DNA from: Candidatus Woesebacteria bacterium
GTDB lineage: Bacteria; Patescibacteriota; Microgenomatia; UBA8517
Direction: 5' to 3'
DNA: 64,000 nucleotides
Assembly: GCA_020060565.1 (NCBI GenBank)
Contig: JAGVAE010000001.1
Location: forward strand, 66,671 to 130,670
Position 1 is the stretch's first letter, and each line of letters opens with the position of its first letter. Position numbers and translations under genes: made by a program. This document shows positions 43,459 to 52,439 of this stretch, one piece after another. The notes beneath the pieces were generated by a model, which saw nothing but the letters and a program-made list of their open reading frames with translations, searched no databases and had not been told where the DNA came from.

Positions 43459-44460
43459 ATGTTTAAAAATAAAAAGATTTTTATCATTATAATTGCAGTT
43501 ATCCTGGGAATTTTGGCTCTGGTTTATTTTGTCTGGCGTTTTTTGCCTGTAAAAAAGGTTGTTGTGGGACCCAAATGGGTTAATCAAGCTCAATTTGCAG
43601 GACTTTTTGTTGCTAAAGATAAAGGGATTTATAGGAAATACGGACTAGATACTTCATTTAGGGAATTTAGTTCTGATGTAGATCTTTTTAGCGATTTGGT
43701 TAATGGAAAAACAGATTTTACTATAACAAGCGCTGAAGAATATTTACTAGCTAGAGATAAAGGACTGTCAGTAATGGCGGTATCTGCCTATTACCAATCT
43801 TCTCCTTATGCGATTGTATCTTTGACTGAAAGTGGAATCAAAAACCCAGCTGACTTTAAAGGAAAAGTTCTTGGAAACAAGAGTGGTAAAGTCGAAGAAA
43901 GTTTGATCTACGAGTTGCTACTTAATAGCGTTGGACTAACAACTAATGATGTTCAAATTAAGATTTTGGGATTTGATAAAAAAGAGATGGAAAATCTTGT
44001 TATGAAAAATGCAGATGTAATTGATCTGTATAGAACCGATCAACTTTACTTTTTTGATAAGGAAGGGATTAAGTACAATATTATTTACCCCGAGCAATTT
44101 GGCATAGGAACTTTTAATGACGTATTGGTAACAAGAATTGATTTAATTAAATCAGATCCAGCCCTTGTTCGAAATTTTGTACGTGCAAGTTCTGAAGGTT
44201 GGGAGGAGGCATTTAAAAACAAATCTAAGGCGGTTGATTATACCCTGAACCATGTGACATCGAATGCATATAAGGATCGTGATTATGAGATGTATATTTT
44301 GGAACAAAGTGAGCCACTAATAAAACCTAATTCAAATAATCGCATAGGCATTATGGATTATATACATTGGGATAGATTATATAGAGAGATGAAGACTAGA
44401 AAATTTATTACAAAAGAATTTTCAGTAAATGATTTGTTTACAAACGAATTTCTTCCCTAA
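43459..44460 (+). CDS. Periplasmic substrate-binding protein (NMT1/SsuA/TauA-like) with an N-terminal signal anchor
   Basis: N-terminal TM. Type II SBP-like sequence (..ITSAEEYLLARDKGLSVMAVSAYYQSSPYAIVS...). Sits immediately upstream of the CHASE histidine kinase. Confidence 0.65.
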   Translation: MFKNKKIFIIIIAVILGILALVYFVWRFLPVKKVVVGPKWVNQAQFAGLFVAKDKGIYRKYGLDTSFREFSSDVDLFSDLVNGKTDFTITSAEEYLLARDKGLSVMAVSAYYQSSPYAIVSLTESGIKNPADFKGKVLGNKSGKVEESLIYELLLNSVGLTTNDVQIKILGFDKKEMENLVMKNADVIDLYRTDQLYFFDKEGIKYNIIYPEQFGIGTFNDVLVTRIDLIKSDPALVRNFVRASSEGWEEAFKNKSKAVDYTLNHVTSNAYKDRDYEMYILEQSEPLIKPNSNNRIGIMDYIHWDRLYREMKTRKFITKEFSVNDLFTNEFLP

Positions 44461-44462
44461 AT

Positions 44463-46685
44463 ATGTTTAAACTGCTCAAGTCTGGTTTTTCTACTATTAA
44501 AAATAATATTGGTTTTTTGGTTGGATTCCTTTTGTTTTTTTTAATTTTTGTTGTTGGATCATTTGTTGTAAAAAATTCAATATATAAAATTAGTGAAGAG
44601 CGTTTGTCTGCAAGGTTTTTGACAGAAACTAGCACAATGTTGAGAGCGACTCAAGATAAAATAGAGAAATATGACCTTCTTCTTAAATCCGCTAGATCTC
44701 TTTTTTATTCAAGCAAAGAGATTACCAGAGCTGAATGGGAGGCTTATGGAAGCTCCTTAGATATTTCAGCAAATTACCCATCACTTACCGAAATAGCATA
44801 TGTTCGTCGAGTATTGCCGTTGGAGAAAAATGAATTTATTGACAATGTTCGTTTGGATAAATCTATTAATCCGAAAGCATATCCAGATTTTGATATAACT
44901 CCCAAAGGAGATAGTGATGAATACTATATTGTTGATTATTTATATCCCTTAAATGGGAATGAAGAAGCCTTTGGTTTTAATGTTTTTTCTGATTCCGCAA
45001 GAAGGATGGCTATCGAATTGGCACGCGATACGGGTTTAACGGCAATAACAGAACCGATAATGTTCATACAAGAAAAAGGTGGAGAAAAGGGGTTTTTGAT
45101 GCTATTACCTGTTTATAAAAATGACAAAGTTGATAGTCTTGAAGGAAGAAGGGACGATATTCAAGGTTTTATACTAGCAGCGGTGGGTGCTTCTGATCTT
45201 TTTTCTCAAATTGTTCTTTCAATTCCCTTAACTAGTCTTTCTGGATTAAGTGTAACCGATGTGACGGATAATTCAGCGGTTTTACTTCCCTATATAGATG
45301 TTCTAGGAAGAAGTACAAATGACACGGGAGAGAATATACCGACAGTTCAAACTTCGAGAATTAGTATTGGATCCAGAACGTGGCGAATAAATTTTAGATC
45401 GGACACAAAGCCACAAATTGACAATTTGGGACTAATAACACCATATGCATTATCCATTTTGGGATTTGTTATTTCTCTTTTGATTGCATTGGTACTTCTA
45501 AACTCAGCTAGACTCAAATCGAAAGCAGAGAAATTAGCAAAAGATCTTACTAAGGATTTGGAGAAGTTTAAATTAGCAGTTGAAAATTCCTCAGATCATA
45601 TAGTAATAACTGATGCAGAGGGGAATATTGTATATGCAAATAAGTCTGTAGAAAGGATAACAGGGTTTTTAATAAGTGAGGTCATGGGTAAAAAGGCTGG
45701 AAGCAAAAGTCTTTGGGGTGGGCAAATGGACTCGGAGGTTTATAAAAAGTTTTGGCATCAAATAAAGGTTGAGAAAAAGTCATTCTCGGGAGAATTTAAC
45801 AATCATAGGAAAAATGGTGAGCAATATGTGGTTGAAGCCAACATTTCTCCAATTCTTGATCAAAACAATGAAGTAATCTTTTTTGTTGGTATTGAAAGAG
45901 ATATTACAAAAGCCAAGGAAATTGACAAAATGAAAGATGAGTTTGTATCAGTGGCTTCTCATGAGCTTAGAACTCCAATGACTGCTATCAAAGGTCTTGT
46001 TTCAATGATTCTAGAAGGGGACTATGGTGAAGTTGGCAATAAACTACTTCAACCGTTGGGTGATATTGCTCTTTCAACAAATAGACTTATTCACTTGGTC
46101 AACGACATGCTAAATCTCTCAAGAATTGAATCAGGAAGATTAAAGTTTACCTTGAAAGAATTTGACCCAACAGTCCTTATTGGTGGAGTAGTGGAATCTT
46201 TAAATCCTATTGCCAAACAAAAGGGCATAATACTAAAAGTTGGAACTGTAAGTAAGGCTAAAATTCTTGGTGATGAAGACAAAATAAGCCAAGTGTTAAA
46301 CAATTTAATTGGAAACTCGTTAAAGTTCACAGATAAAGGATCAATAGTTGTTGATACTGAGACTAACGAGAACTTTCTTAAAATTTTTGTTAAAGATACT
46401 GGGGTTGGTATTGTCAAAGAAGATGTAGAAAAAATATTTGGAAAATTTGAACAAATTTCATCAATTCAAAAAGGAAGACCTCAGGGAACAGGTCTGGGTC
46501 TTTATATTTCAAAACAAATAGCCAATAAGCTTGGGGGAGATGTTTGGTTAGAAAAATCTGAACTTGGGAAGGGGTCTGTATTTGGTTTTTCACTTCCTCT
46601 TATGCAAAGTAAAATTGCAGAAAAGATTAAAGCTGAGATTGCAAAAGAAGAAAAGAATAATCCCAATCAAAAGGAGATGTCTTGA
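44463..46685 (+). CDS. Sensor histidine kinase with a CHASE extracytoplasmic domain, PAS domain, HisKA and HATPase_c
   Basis: TM1, then a CHASE-like region (...TEIAYVRRVLPLEKNEFIDN...YPDFDITPKGDSDEYYIVDYLYPLNGNEEAFGFNVFSD...GFLMLLPVYKN), then TM2. PAS (HIVITDAEGNIVYANKSVERITGF). H-box SHELRTPMTAI. N/G1/G2 boxes (NLIGNSLKFT...DTGVGI...GTGLGL). Confidence 0.85.
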   Translation: MFKLLKSGFSTIKNNIGFLVGFLLFFLIFVVGSFVVKNSIYKISEERLSARFLTETSTMLRATQDKIEKYDLLLKSARSLFYSSKEITRAEWEAYGSSLDISANYPSLTEIAYVRRVLPLEKNEFIDNVRLDKSINPKAYPDFDITPKGDSDEYYIVDYLYPLNGNEEAFGFNVFSDSARRMAIELARDTGLTAITEPIMFIQEKGGEKGFLMLLPVYKNDKVDSLEGRRDDIQGFILAAVGASDLFSQIVLSIPLTSLSGLSVTDVTDNSAVLLPYIDVLGRSTNDTGENIPTVQTSRISIGSRTWRINFRSDTKPQIDNLGLITPYALSILGFVISLLIALVLLNSARLKSKAEKLAKDLTKDLEKFKLAVENSSDHIVITDAEGNIVYANKSVERITGFLISEVMGKKAGSKSLWGGQMDSEVYKKFWHQIKVEKKSFSGEFNNHRKNGEQYVVEANISPILDQNNEVIFFVGIERDITKAKEIDKMKDEFVSVASHELRTPMTAIKGLVSMILEGDYGEVGNKLLQPLGDIALSTNRLIHLVNDMLNLSRIESGRLKFTLKEFDPTVLIGGVVESLNPIAKQKGIILKVGTVSKAKILGDEDKISQVLNNLIGNSLKFTDKGSIVVDTETNENFLKIFVKDTGVGIVKEDVEKIFGKFEQISSIQKGRPQGTGLGLYISKQIANKLGGDVWLEKSELGKGSVFGFSLPLMQSKIAEKIKAEIAKEEKNNPNQKEMS

Positions 46686-46721
46686 TTATGCAGTGGTATA
46701 GGGTTATATTTAATTATTGAA

Positions 46722-47135
46722 ATGGCAAAAATTCTAATTGTAGATGACGACCCGCTGTTGGTTCGTATGTACCAGACCAAGTTTGAAGGAGATGGAAATG
46801 AAGTTGTAACTGCGGCAGATGGCCATGAAGGCCTGGAAAAGATTGTTTCGGATAAACCAGACATTGTTCTTCTGGATATTATGATGCCCAAGATGGATGG
46901 ATTGGAAACATTAAGAAGGATAAAAGCTGACGCATCCATAAAAACAACTCCAGTTATAATGCTTACCAACGTTAGTTCCTCAGAAGCGGATAGTAATGAA
47001 GGATTGGAATTAGGAGCAGTTGCTTATTTGGTTAAAGCTGATTACACACCCAAAGAAGTTGTACAAAAGGTTAAAGAAATACTAGCTGCTTATAAAAGAG
47101 AGCTCCCCAAGGTTGAAGTTGCTATTAAAGGATAA
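46722..47135 (+). CDS. Single-domain response regulator (CheY-like receiver)
   Basis: ILIVDDDP..., DIVLLDIMMPKMDG (phospho-acceptor Asp), ...VIMLTN..., ...AYLVK. Confidence 0.85.
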   Translation: MAKILIVDDDPLLVRMYQTKFEGDGNEVVTAADGHEGLEKIVSDKPDIVLLDIMMPKMDGLETLRRIKADASIKTTPVIMLTNVSSSEADSNEGLELGAVAYLVKADYTPKEVVQKVKEILAAYKRELPKVEVAIKG

Positions 47136-47203
47136 AACTTCAGAAATAAAGAGTAAATTAGTCCTTTCCAATAGGTATCTTTTCATATAAAATCCCGTAA
47201 AAT

Positions 47204-47977
47204 ATGGAATTTGAGGCAAAAAGAACAGAAACATCTGAGAGATTAAACCCTCCTCAGAACGGTTTTACGCGTGAAACTGTAAGCAGTTTTTTGGAAGAAA
47301 ATTTAGAAGCTGTATCGCAGGGAGTAAGATTTGCCATTAAAATAACAGGATCACCCCCTTTAGATAGAGGGGAATGGGAAGACCTTTTTCAAGATGGGAT
47401 GCTTGGAGTAGTTAAATATTTACCAGAATATGATTCAAATAAGTGTTCTTTATTTACCTTTATAGTTAATAGAGCTGGCTGGAAAATTTTGGATGAATTT
47501 AGGAGGATGAATCCAGTATCCAGAACTGTTGTTGAAAAATTGAAAAAAATGTCTGGAATGGAGACTGATGAAATACTAAAAAATGCTAAAAATACTAATG
47601 AGTATAATGCGTTTTACCATGCTTTAAATCCTCCAGTCTCATTAGACTCCTTTTATGAACGGTTGGAAGGATCTTCGTGTTCATCAGATGATTGTCTAGT
47701 TTTTGACAATGTTTTTGATGAAAAAGCTAGAAATGGACATACAAGACCTGTCGAAGATATTCTTAACGGCTATGAAATTTTAGATACTATACAACATTTA
47801 TTAGATCCAGAATCTACAACCCTGAATTGTAGGGAAAAGATAATACTAAAAAGACGAATTTGTGGAAAAACCATGTTAGAAATAGGCCGAGAATTGGGTT
47901 GTTCCGAGAGTAGAATATGTCAATTAACAGGGAAAATTGAAGAAAAGGTACATAAAAAGTTAGACGGAGAGATATAG
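47204..47977 (+). CDS. Sigma-70-family RNA polymerase sigma factor (group 3-like)
   Basis: Region 2 (DLFQDGMLGVVKYLPEYDSNKCSLFTFIVNRAGWKILDEFRR) and region 4 HTH (LNCREKIILKRRICGKTMLEIGRELGCSESRICQLTGKIEEKV). Confidence 0.65.
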   Translation: MEFEAKRTETSERLNPPQNGFTRETVSSFLEENLEAVSQGVRFAIKITGSPPLDRGEWEDLFQDGMLGVVKYLPEYDSNKCSLFTFIVNRAGWKILDEFRRMNPVSRTVVEKLKKMSGMETDEILKNAKNTNEYNAFYHALNPPVSLDSFYERLEGSSCSSDDCLVFDNVFDEKARNGHTRPVEDILNGYEILDTIQHLLDPESTTLNCREKIILKRRICGKTMLEIGRELGCSESRICQLTGKIEEKVHKKLDGEI

Positions 47978-48234
47978 AAAACTAAATATTAAACTATGTT
48001 AGAATACGTTCTCATGAGTCTTTCTGTAGGAATACTTACCTCTCTGTCCCATCTTTTGGTTTTGGATTTATAGTTTCTCTTCCCGAAGCAATAGATAGAG
48101 ATCAATACTTCAAGGGAATAAAGTGGAACAGATAGTCTGTTCAAAAATGGCGAGACTTCAGATTGCATGAAAGAAATATACTTTCCTCTTTGTATAACAA
48201 GTAGACAGTATTAATTGAAGGGGGGTGAAAATAT

Positions 48235-48618
48235 ATGAATAAAACAATATTAACTTTATCAGCTATTGCACTCGGGGCAGGGGTATTATTTGCTAGCTCC
48301 TCAAGAGCACTTGCTTACAGGGGTGATCCTAATGTTCAGGGTCCTAACTACACTGCCGAAAGGCACGAAGCGATGATCAAAGCATTTGATAATAAAGATT
48401 ACAATGCTTGGAAAGGGTTGATGCAGAGTAAAGGCAGAGTTGTCCAAGTGATAAACGAAGGTAACTTTTCCAAGTTTGCCGAAATGCATAAACTCATGCT
48501 TGAAGGAAAGACTGACGAGGCCAATAAAATAAGAACCGAACTCGGACTTGGTCTTAAAGATGGTTCTGGACAGGGTCAGGGACAAAGGTCAGGTTATGGC
48601 AGAAATGCTAACCGTTAA
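48235..48618 (+). CDS. Small secreted protein (signal peptide, Gly/Gln-rich tail)
   Basis: MNKTILTLSAIALGAGVLFASSSRALA signal peptide. Sits upstream of the ECF sigma/anti-sigma pair. Confidence 0.5.
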   Translation: MNKTILTLSAIALGAGVLFASSSRALAYRGDPNVQGPNYTAERHEAMIKAFDNKDYNAWKGLMQSKGRVVQVINEGNFSKFAEMHKLMLEGKTDEANKIRTELGLGLKDGSGQGQGQRSGYGRNANR

Positions 48619-48719
48619 AGATAAAAAGGGATTACCAGACCTCACCTAAAAAGTGGGGTTTTGGTAGTGGAAATAGACAGAAAAATATATGGACGTAATT
48701 TATACTAAAATAGAAAATT

Positions 48720-49268
48720 ATGAAAGATCTAACAAAATTGCCAGACGAAAAAATAATCGAGATGGTCCGCCAAAAGGACAAGGAGTTGTATATCCATATT
48801 ATTAGACGATATCAGGAAAAACTTATAAGGTATGCAAATTATTTGACAGATGATGAACACAATGCTGCAGATATAGTTCAGGAATCTTTTATTAAGGCCT
48901 ATATAAACTTAAACGGCTTTGATATAAAAAAGAAATTTAGTAGCTGGATATACAGAATTGTTCATAATGAAGCAATGAATTTGATTAATAGGCGGAAAAA
49001 ACAGGTTTCGTTAAATGAGGATAAAGATTTTGATAGCGGAATATATATTGAGGAGGCTCTTATTAAAAAGGAATTAAAAAATCATACCCATAACTGTTTA
49101 AATCAAATGCCGATTATTTACAGTGAACCGCTATCACTTTATTATCTGGAAGAGAAATCATACGAAGAGATAAGTGATATTTTAAGAATTCCGATAGGAA
49201 CGGTCGGAACCAGAATAAATCGTGCCAAGATTCTAATGAAAAAAATATGCCAAAAAATAAAACAGTAA
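48720..49268 (+). CDS. ECF-type sigma factor (sigma-24 family)
   Basis: Region 2 (AADIVQESFIKAYINLNGFDIKKKFSSWIYRIVHNEAMNLI) and region 4 (LSLYYLEEKSYEEISDILRIPIGTVGTRINRAK). Confidence 0.85.
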   Translation: MKDLTKLPDEKIIEMVRQKDKELYIHIIRRYQEKLIRYANYLTDDEHNAADIVQESFIKAYINLNGFDIKKKFSSWIYRIVHNEAMNLINRRKKQVSLNEDKDFDSGIYIEEALIKKELKNHTHNCLNQMPIIYSEPLSLYYLEEKSYEEISDILRIPIGTVGTRINRAKILMKKICQKIKQ

Positions 49269-49795
49269 CATCAGTAAAAGAAAAAAGGATTGATTTAGAA
49301 AAAGAAATCATGTCTAAAGTAACTTCCGGTCAGATTAATATGAAACCAAGGTGGTATTTCGTCTTCGGCTCCATATTTTCAATTTTTGGGCTGGCGACCC
49401 TAAGTGTTGCATTGGTTTTTTTGGCCAATATTGTGATGTTTTTATTTCGCAAACACGGTCGGATGGGTCAGTGGAGACTTGAGGTAATGCTGAATGATTT
49501 TCCTATGTGGATACCCATATTAGCGATAGTGGGTATTGCCATGGGTATTTGGCTATTAAAGAAATACGACTTTTCATACAAAAAAAACTTTACTGCCTTA
49601 ATTATCGGATTCATTATTTCTATTATTGTTGCGGGATTAATTATCGATCGCTTGGGACTAAACGATATTTGGTCACGCGGAGGTATGATGAAAAAATTTT
49701 ATCAAAGGATTGAAATTATGGAGAGAGTTGGTCCTAACGGGTCGGATAAAGGAACTATGCAAAATGGTCGTGATAATGTGTACAGTGGAAATTGA
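49247..49795 (+). CDS. Membrane protein, putative anti-sigma factor for the upstream ECF sigma
   Basis: Overlaps the sigma gene by 22 nt. A cytoplasmic N-terminus followed by four TM helices. The role is assigned by context only. Confidence 0.45.
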   Translation: MPKNKTVTSVKEKRIDLEKEIMSKVTSGQINMKPRWYFVFGSIFSIFGLATLSVALVFLANIVMFLFRKHGRMGQWRLEVMLNDFPMWIPILAIVGIAMGIWLLKKYDFSYKKNFTALIIGFIISIIVAGLIIDRLGLNDIWSRGGMMKKFYQRIEIMERVGPNGSDKGTMQNGRDNVYSGN

Positions 49796-49924
49796 TAGTT
49801 TATAAAATGAATACAAAACCAAGGTGAAGATACTCAACTGCAGGTTAATACTCAGGAAGAGGAAAATGTAGAAGATGGACAATGTGAGGGTTTACAAACA
49901 CGCAATCAAACCGCTGTTCAAAAT

Positions 49925-50323
49925 ATGAGCGAAGTTGCTAAACAAGTTCAGATGTTATTGCAAACAAAAACATCTGGTGGAATTGGAGAACAGGTAAAAC
50001 AGATTGCTCAGGAACAGAATCAAGCACAAACCCAGATTCAAGAACAGTTAAATAAACTTGAATCAAAAGGCAGATTGGCTAGATTTTTAACGGGCACTGA
50101 TTTTGGAGCCATTAAAAACATTAAGCAGCAACTTAATGAGAATGAGTTAAGAATTGAACAATTGACCAAACTACAGACTCAACTTTCCAATCAAAGTGAT
50201 ATTGCAATGGTTCAGGAAACCATACAGGCTTTGATTCAGGAGAATATATCCTTACAGGAAAGAATTGCAACGGAAGAGCAAACCATAAGTATGTTCGGTT
50301 GGTTGTTTAGGTTGTTTTCTTAA
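49925..50323 (+). CDS. Hypothetical Q-rich coiled-coil protein
   Basis: Intact 132-aa ORF with heptad-like composition. Confidence 0.4.
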   Translation: MSEVAKQVQMLLQTKTSGGIGEQVKQIAQEQNQAQTQIQEQLNKLESKGRLARFLTGTDFGAIKNIKQQLNENELRIEQLTKLQTQLSNQSDIAMVQETIQALIQENISLQERIATEEQTISMFGWLFRLFS

Positions 50324-50357
50324 CAATTTTTAATAGATAAGATGGTAAAATACTTCC

Positions 50358-51356
50358 ATGAGTTCTGTTTCGTGTGGAATTGTTGGTTTACCAAATGTGG
50401 GGAAGTCCACACTGTTTAATGCTCTTCTTAAAAAGCAGCAAGCTTATGTCGCAAATTTTCCATTTGCCACAATTGAACCCAATATTGGGGTTGTCCCTGT
50501 TCCCGATGAAAGACTAGAAAAACTTGCTGAAGTTACAAGGAGTTCAGAAGGTATGGATTCTTTACCTCCAGAAGTTCCTGCAACTGTGGAGTTTGTTGAT
50601 ATTGCGGGATTAATTGCGGGGGCTTCTAAGGGAGAAGGATTGGGAAATAAATTTTTAAGTCATATTAGGCAGACAGATGCAATTTGTTTTGTACTCCGTG
50701 CATTCTCTGACCCCGATATTATTAAACAAGGAGTAACTGATCCAAAAACTGATTTCGAAGTTTTAAAAATTGAACTGGATTTGGCGGATGAGGAAATGGT
50801 TGCTAAACACTCCGAGAAAAAAAATGCAGAACCTGAAGCTTTGCCCCTTTTTTCCAAGAAACCATTCCTTATAGTTTTGAATGTTGATGAGAGTGAGTTG
50901 GTTAGAAGCGAGGAATTGGAAATTAGGTATGCAGAAGAACTTAATGTTAACAAGGATCAGGTAATAATAGTTTCTGCCAAAACCGAAAGCGAACTCTCAG
51001 AATTATCAGAAGAAGACCAGACAGCTTATTTACAGGAATTAGGAGTTAATGTTTCGGGGCTAGAAAGACTAATTCAAAAAGCTTTTGCAACCTTGGGACT
51101 TATTACTTTTCTAACAGCAGGAGAGAAAGAAGTTCGCGCTTGGACCCTTCCGGCTGGAGCTGATGCCGTCAGGGCAAGCGGAGTTATACATACAGACTTC
51201 ATGAAAAAATTCATAAAAGCTGATATTGTAGACTTTGAGGAGTTTATAGCAAATGGGGGGTGGAAATCTTGCAGGGAGCTGGGCAAGGTTAGAAGCGAGG
51301 GAAGGGACTATATTATGAAGGATGGAGATGTGGTGGAATTCAAAATCGGAAGCTGA
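50358..51356 (+). CDS. ychF: Ribosome-binding ATPase YchF (Obg-family GTPase, short form with TGS domain)
   Basis: GIVGLPNVGKSTLFNAL (G1), ...FVDIAGL (G3), and a C-terminal TGS-like segment (...WTLPAGADAVRASGVIHTDFMKKFIKADIV...). Confidence 0.88.
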   Translation: MSSVSCGIVGLPNVGKSTLFNALLKKQQAYVANFPFATIEPNIGVVPVPDERLEKLAEVTRSSEGMDSLPPEVPATVEFVDIAGLIAGASKGEGLGNKFLSHIRQTDAICFVLRAFSDPDIIKQGVTDPKTDFEVLKIELDLADEEMVAKHSEKKNAEPEALPLFSKKPFLIVLNVDESELVRSEELEIRYAEELNVNKDQVIIVSAKTESELSELSEEDQTAYLQELGVNVSGLERLIQKAFATLGLITFLTAGEKEVRAWTLPAGADAVRASGVIHTDFMKKFIKADIVDFEEFIANGGWKSCRELGKVRSEGRDYIMKDGDVVEFKIGS

Positions 51357-51371
51357 TATAATTCACCTGAC

Positions 51372-51653
51372 ATGAACAAATATGAATTGACTTTGGTAGT
51401 AGATGGCAAGGGTGGGGCAGCCAAAAAGAAAAAAGTAACAGAAACTCTTGAAAAAACTCTTAAGATTTTCAAGGGAGAAATCTCTGATTCAAAAGACTGG
51501 GGAGTCAAAGATATGGCATACAGGATTGGTAAGGCTGAAACTGGCCTTTACCTTTATTTTGAGCTAGAATTGGACGGAGCTGGAGTCAAAGCTTTAAATG
51601 AAAAGCTTAGAACAGATCCTGATATTTTAAGATTTCTTTTAATTAAAAATTAA
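51372..51653 (+). CDS. rpsF: 30S ribosomal protein S6
   Basis: YELTLVV...; 93 aa; starts the rpsF-ssb-rpsR unit. The C-terminal IKN plus the stop are encoded by the AT-rich repeat. Confidence 0.85.
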   Translation: MNKYELTLVVDGKGGAAKKKKVTETLEKTLKIFKGEISDSKDWGVKDMAYRIGKAETGLYLYFELELDGAGVKALNEKLRTDPDILRFLLIKN

Positions 51654-51678
51654 AAATTTATAATTTAAAATTAATTAT

Positions 51679-52167
51679 ATGGCACGAAGTTTAAACAAAG
51701 TGATGTTGATAGGGAATCTAACCCGCGATCCCGAAATGCGCTATACACCTCAAGGGGCTGCAGTTTGTACTTTTGGAGTAGCCACGAATAGAAATTGGAC
51801 AACAGATGCTGGAGAAAAGAAAGAAGATGTGGAGTTTCACAATGTTGTAGCCTGGAACAAATTAGCTGAAATTTGCTCACAACTTCTTAAGAAAGGTAGA
51901 AAAGTATATGTTGAAGGAAGACTCTCAACCAGGAGTTGGCAAGGTACTGACGGAGCTCAAAAACAAAGAACTGAAGTAGTAATTACCGATATGGTTATTT
52001 TGGATAGAAAAATGGATGATGGGGGAGAGCCTGGTAGTGAAATTGAAATCCCAGATTCAGTAGTTGAAGAACCACAAGAAGAGAAAAAAACAGCTAAAAA
52101 ATCAAAAACTGCACCAAAAGAGGAAGAAAAAACCGAGGAAGTAAATGATGAGGATATTCCCTTTTAA
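51679..52167 (+). CDS. ssb: Single-stranded DNA-binding protein
   Basis: OB-fold (NKVMLIGNLTRDPEMRYTPQGAAVCTF..VATNR.W......HNVVAWNKLAEI....KKGRKVYVEGRL.TRSW) and the acidic C-terminal tail ending DIPF. Confidence 0.9.
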   Translation: MARSLNKVMLIGNLTRDPEMRYTPQGAAVCTFGVATNRNWTTDAGEKKEDVEFHNVVAWNKLAEICSQLLKKGRKVYVEGRLSTRSWQGTDGAQKQRTEVVITDMVILDRKMDDGGEPGSEIEIPDSVVEEPQEEKKTAKKSKTAPKEEEKTEEVNDEDIPF

Positions 52168-52171
52168 CAAT

Positions 52172-52425
52172 ATGGCTAAGAAAAAAGATTCCAAAAAAAG
52201 AAGAAAGATAATATTTGAAGCGGTAGCCCGTATTGTCCGTTTTGTAAAAACAGAACAAGCCCTGATTACAAAGAGCCTGAAGCTTTGGCAAAATATATGA
52301 GTGATCGTGCAAAGCTTCTGGGTAAGGATCACACAGGTCTTTGTGCAAAACATCAAAGACGTCTTTCTATTGCCATTAAACGCGCAAGACATTTGGCACT
52401 TCTTCCATTTGTTCCTTCTATCTAG
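52172..52425 (+). pseudogene. rpsR: 30S ribosomal protein S18 gene with a frame disruption (1 nt apparently missing in a CCC run at 52227-52229)
   Basis: The ATG frame gives MAKKKDSKKRRKIIFEAVA.... From 52228 the -1 frame gives PYCPFCKNRTSPDYKEPEALAKYMSDRAKLLGKDHTGLCAKHQRRLSIAIKRARHLALLPFVPSI*, the S18 signature. Adding one C would join them into a full-length S18 of about 86 aa. Confidence 0.7.
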
Positions 52426-52439
52426 TATTATCTTTAAGT

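Noticed and set aside
52172-52291. The 41-aa ATG-started peptide (MAKKKDSKKRRKIIFEAVARIVRFV…) as an independent small gene
   Set aside because: Its N-terminus is the canonical S18 basic start, and the S18 body follows in the -1 frame. It is therefore the 5' part of a frame-disrupted rpsR, not a separate gene.
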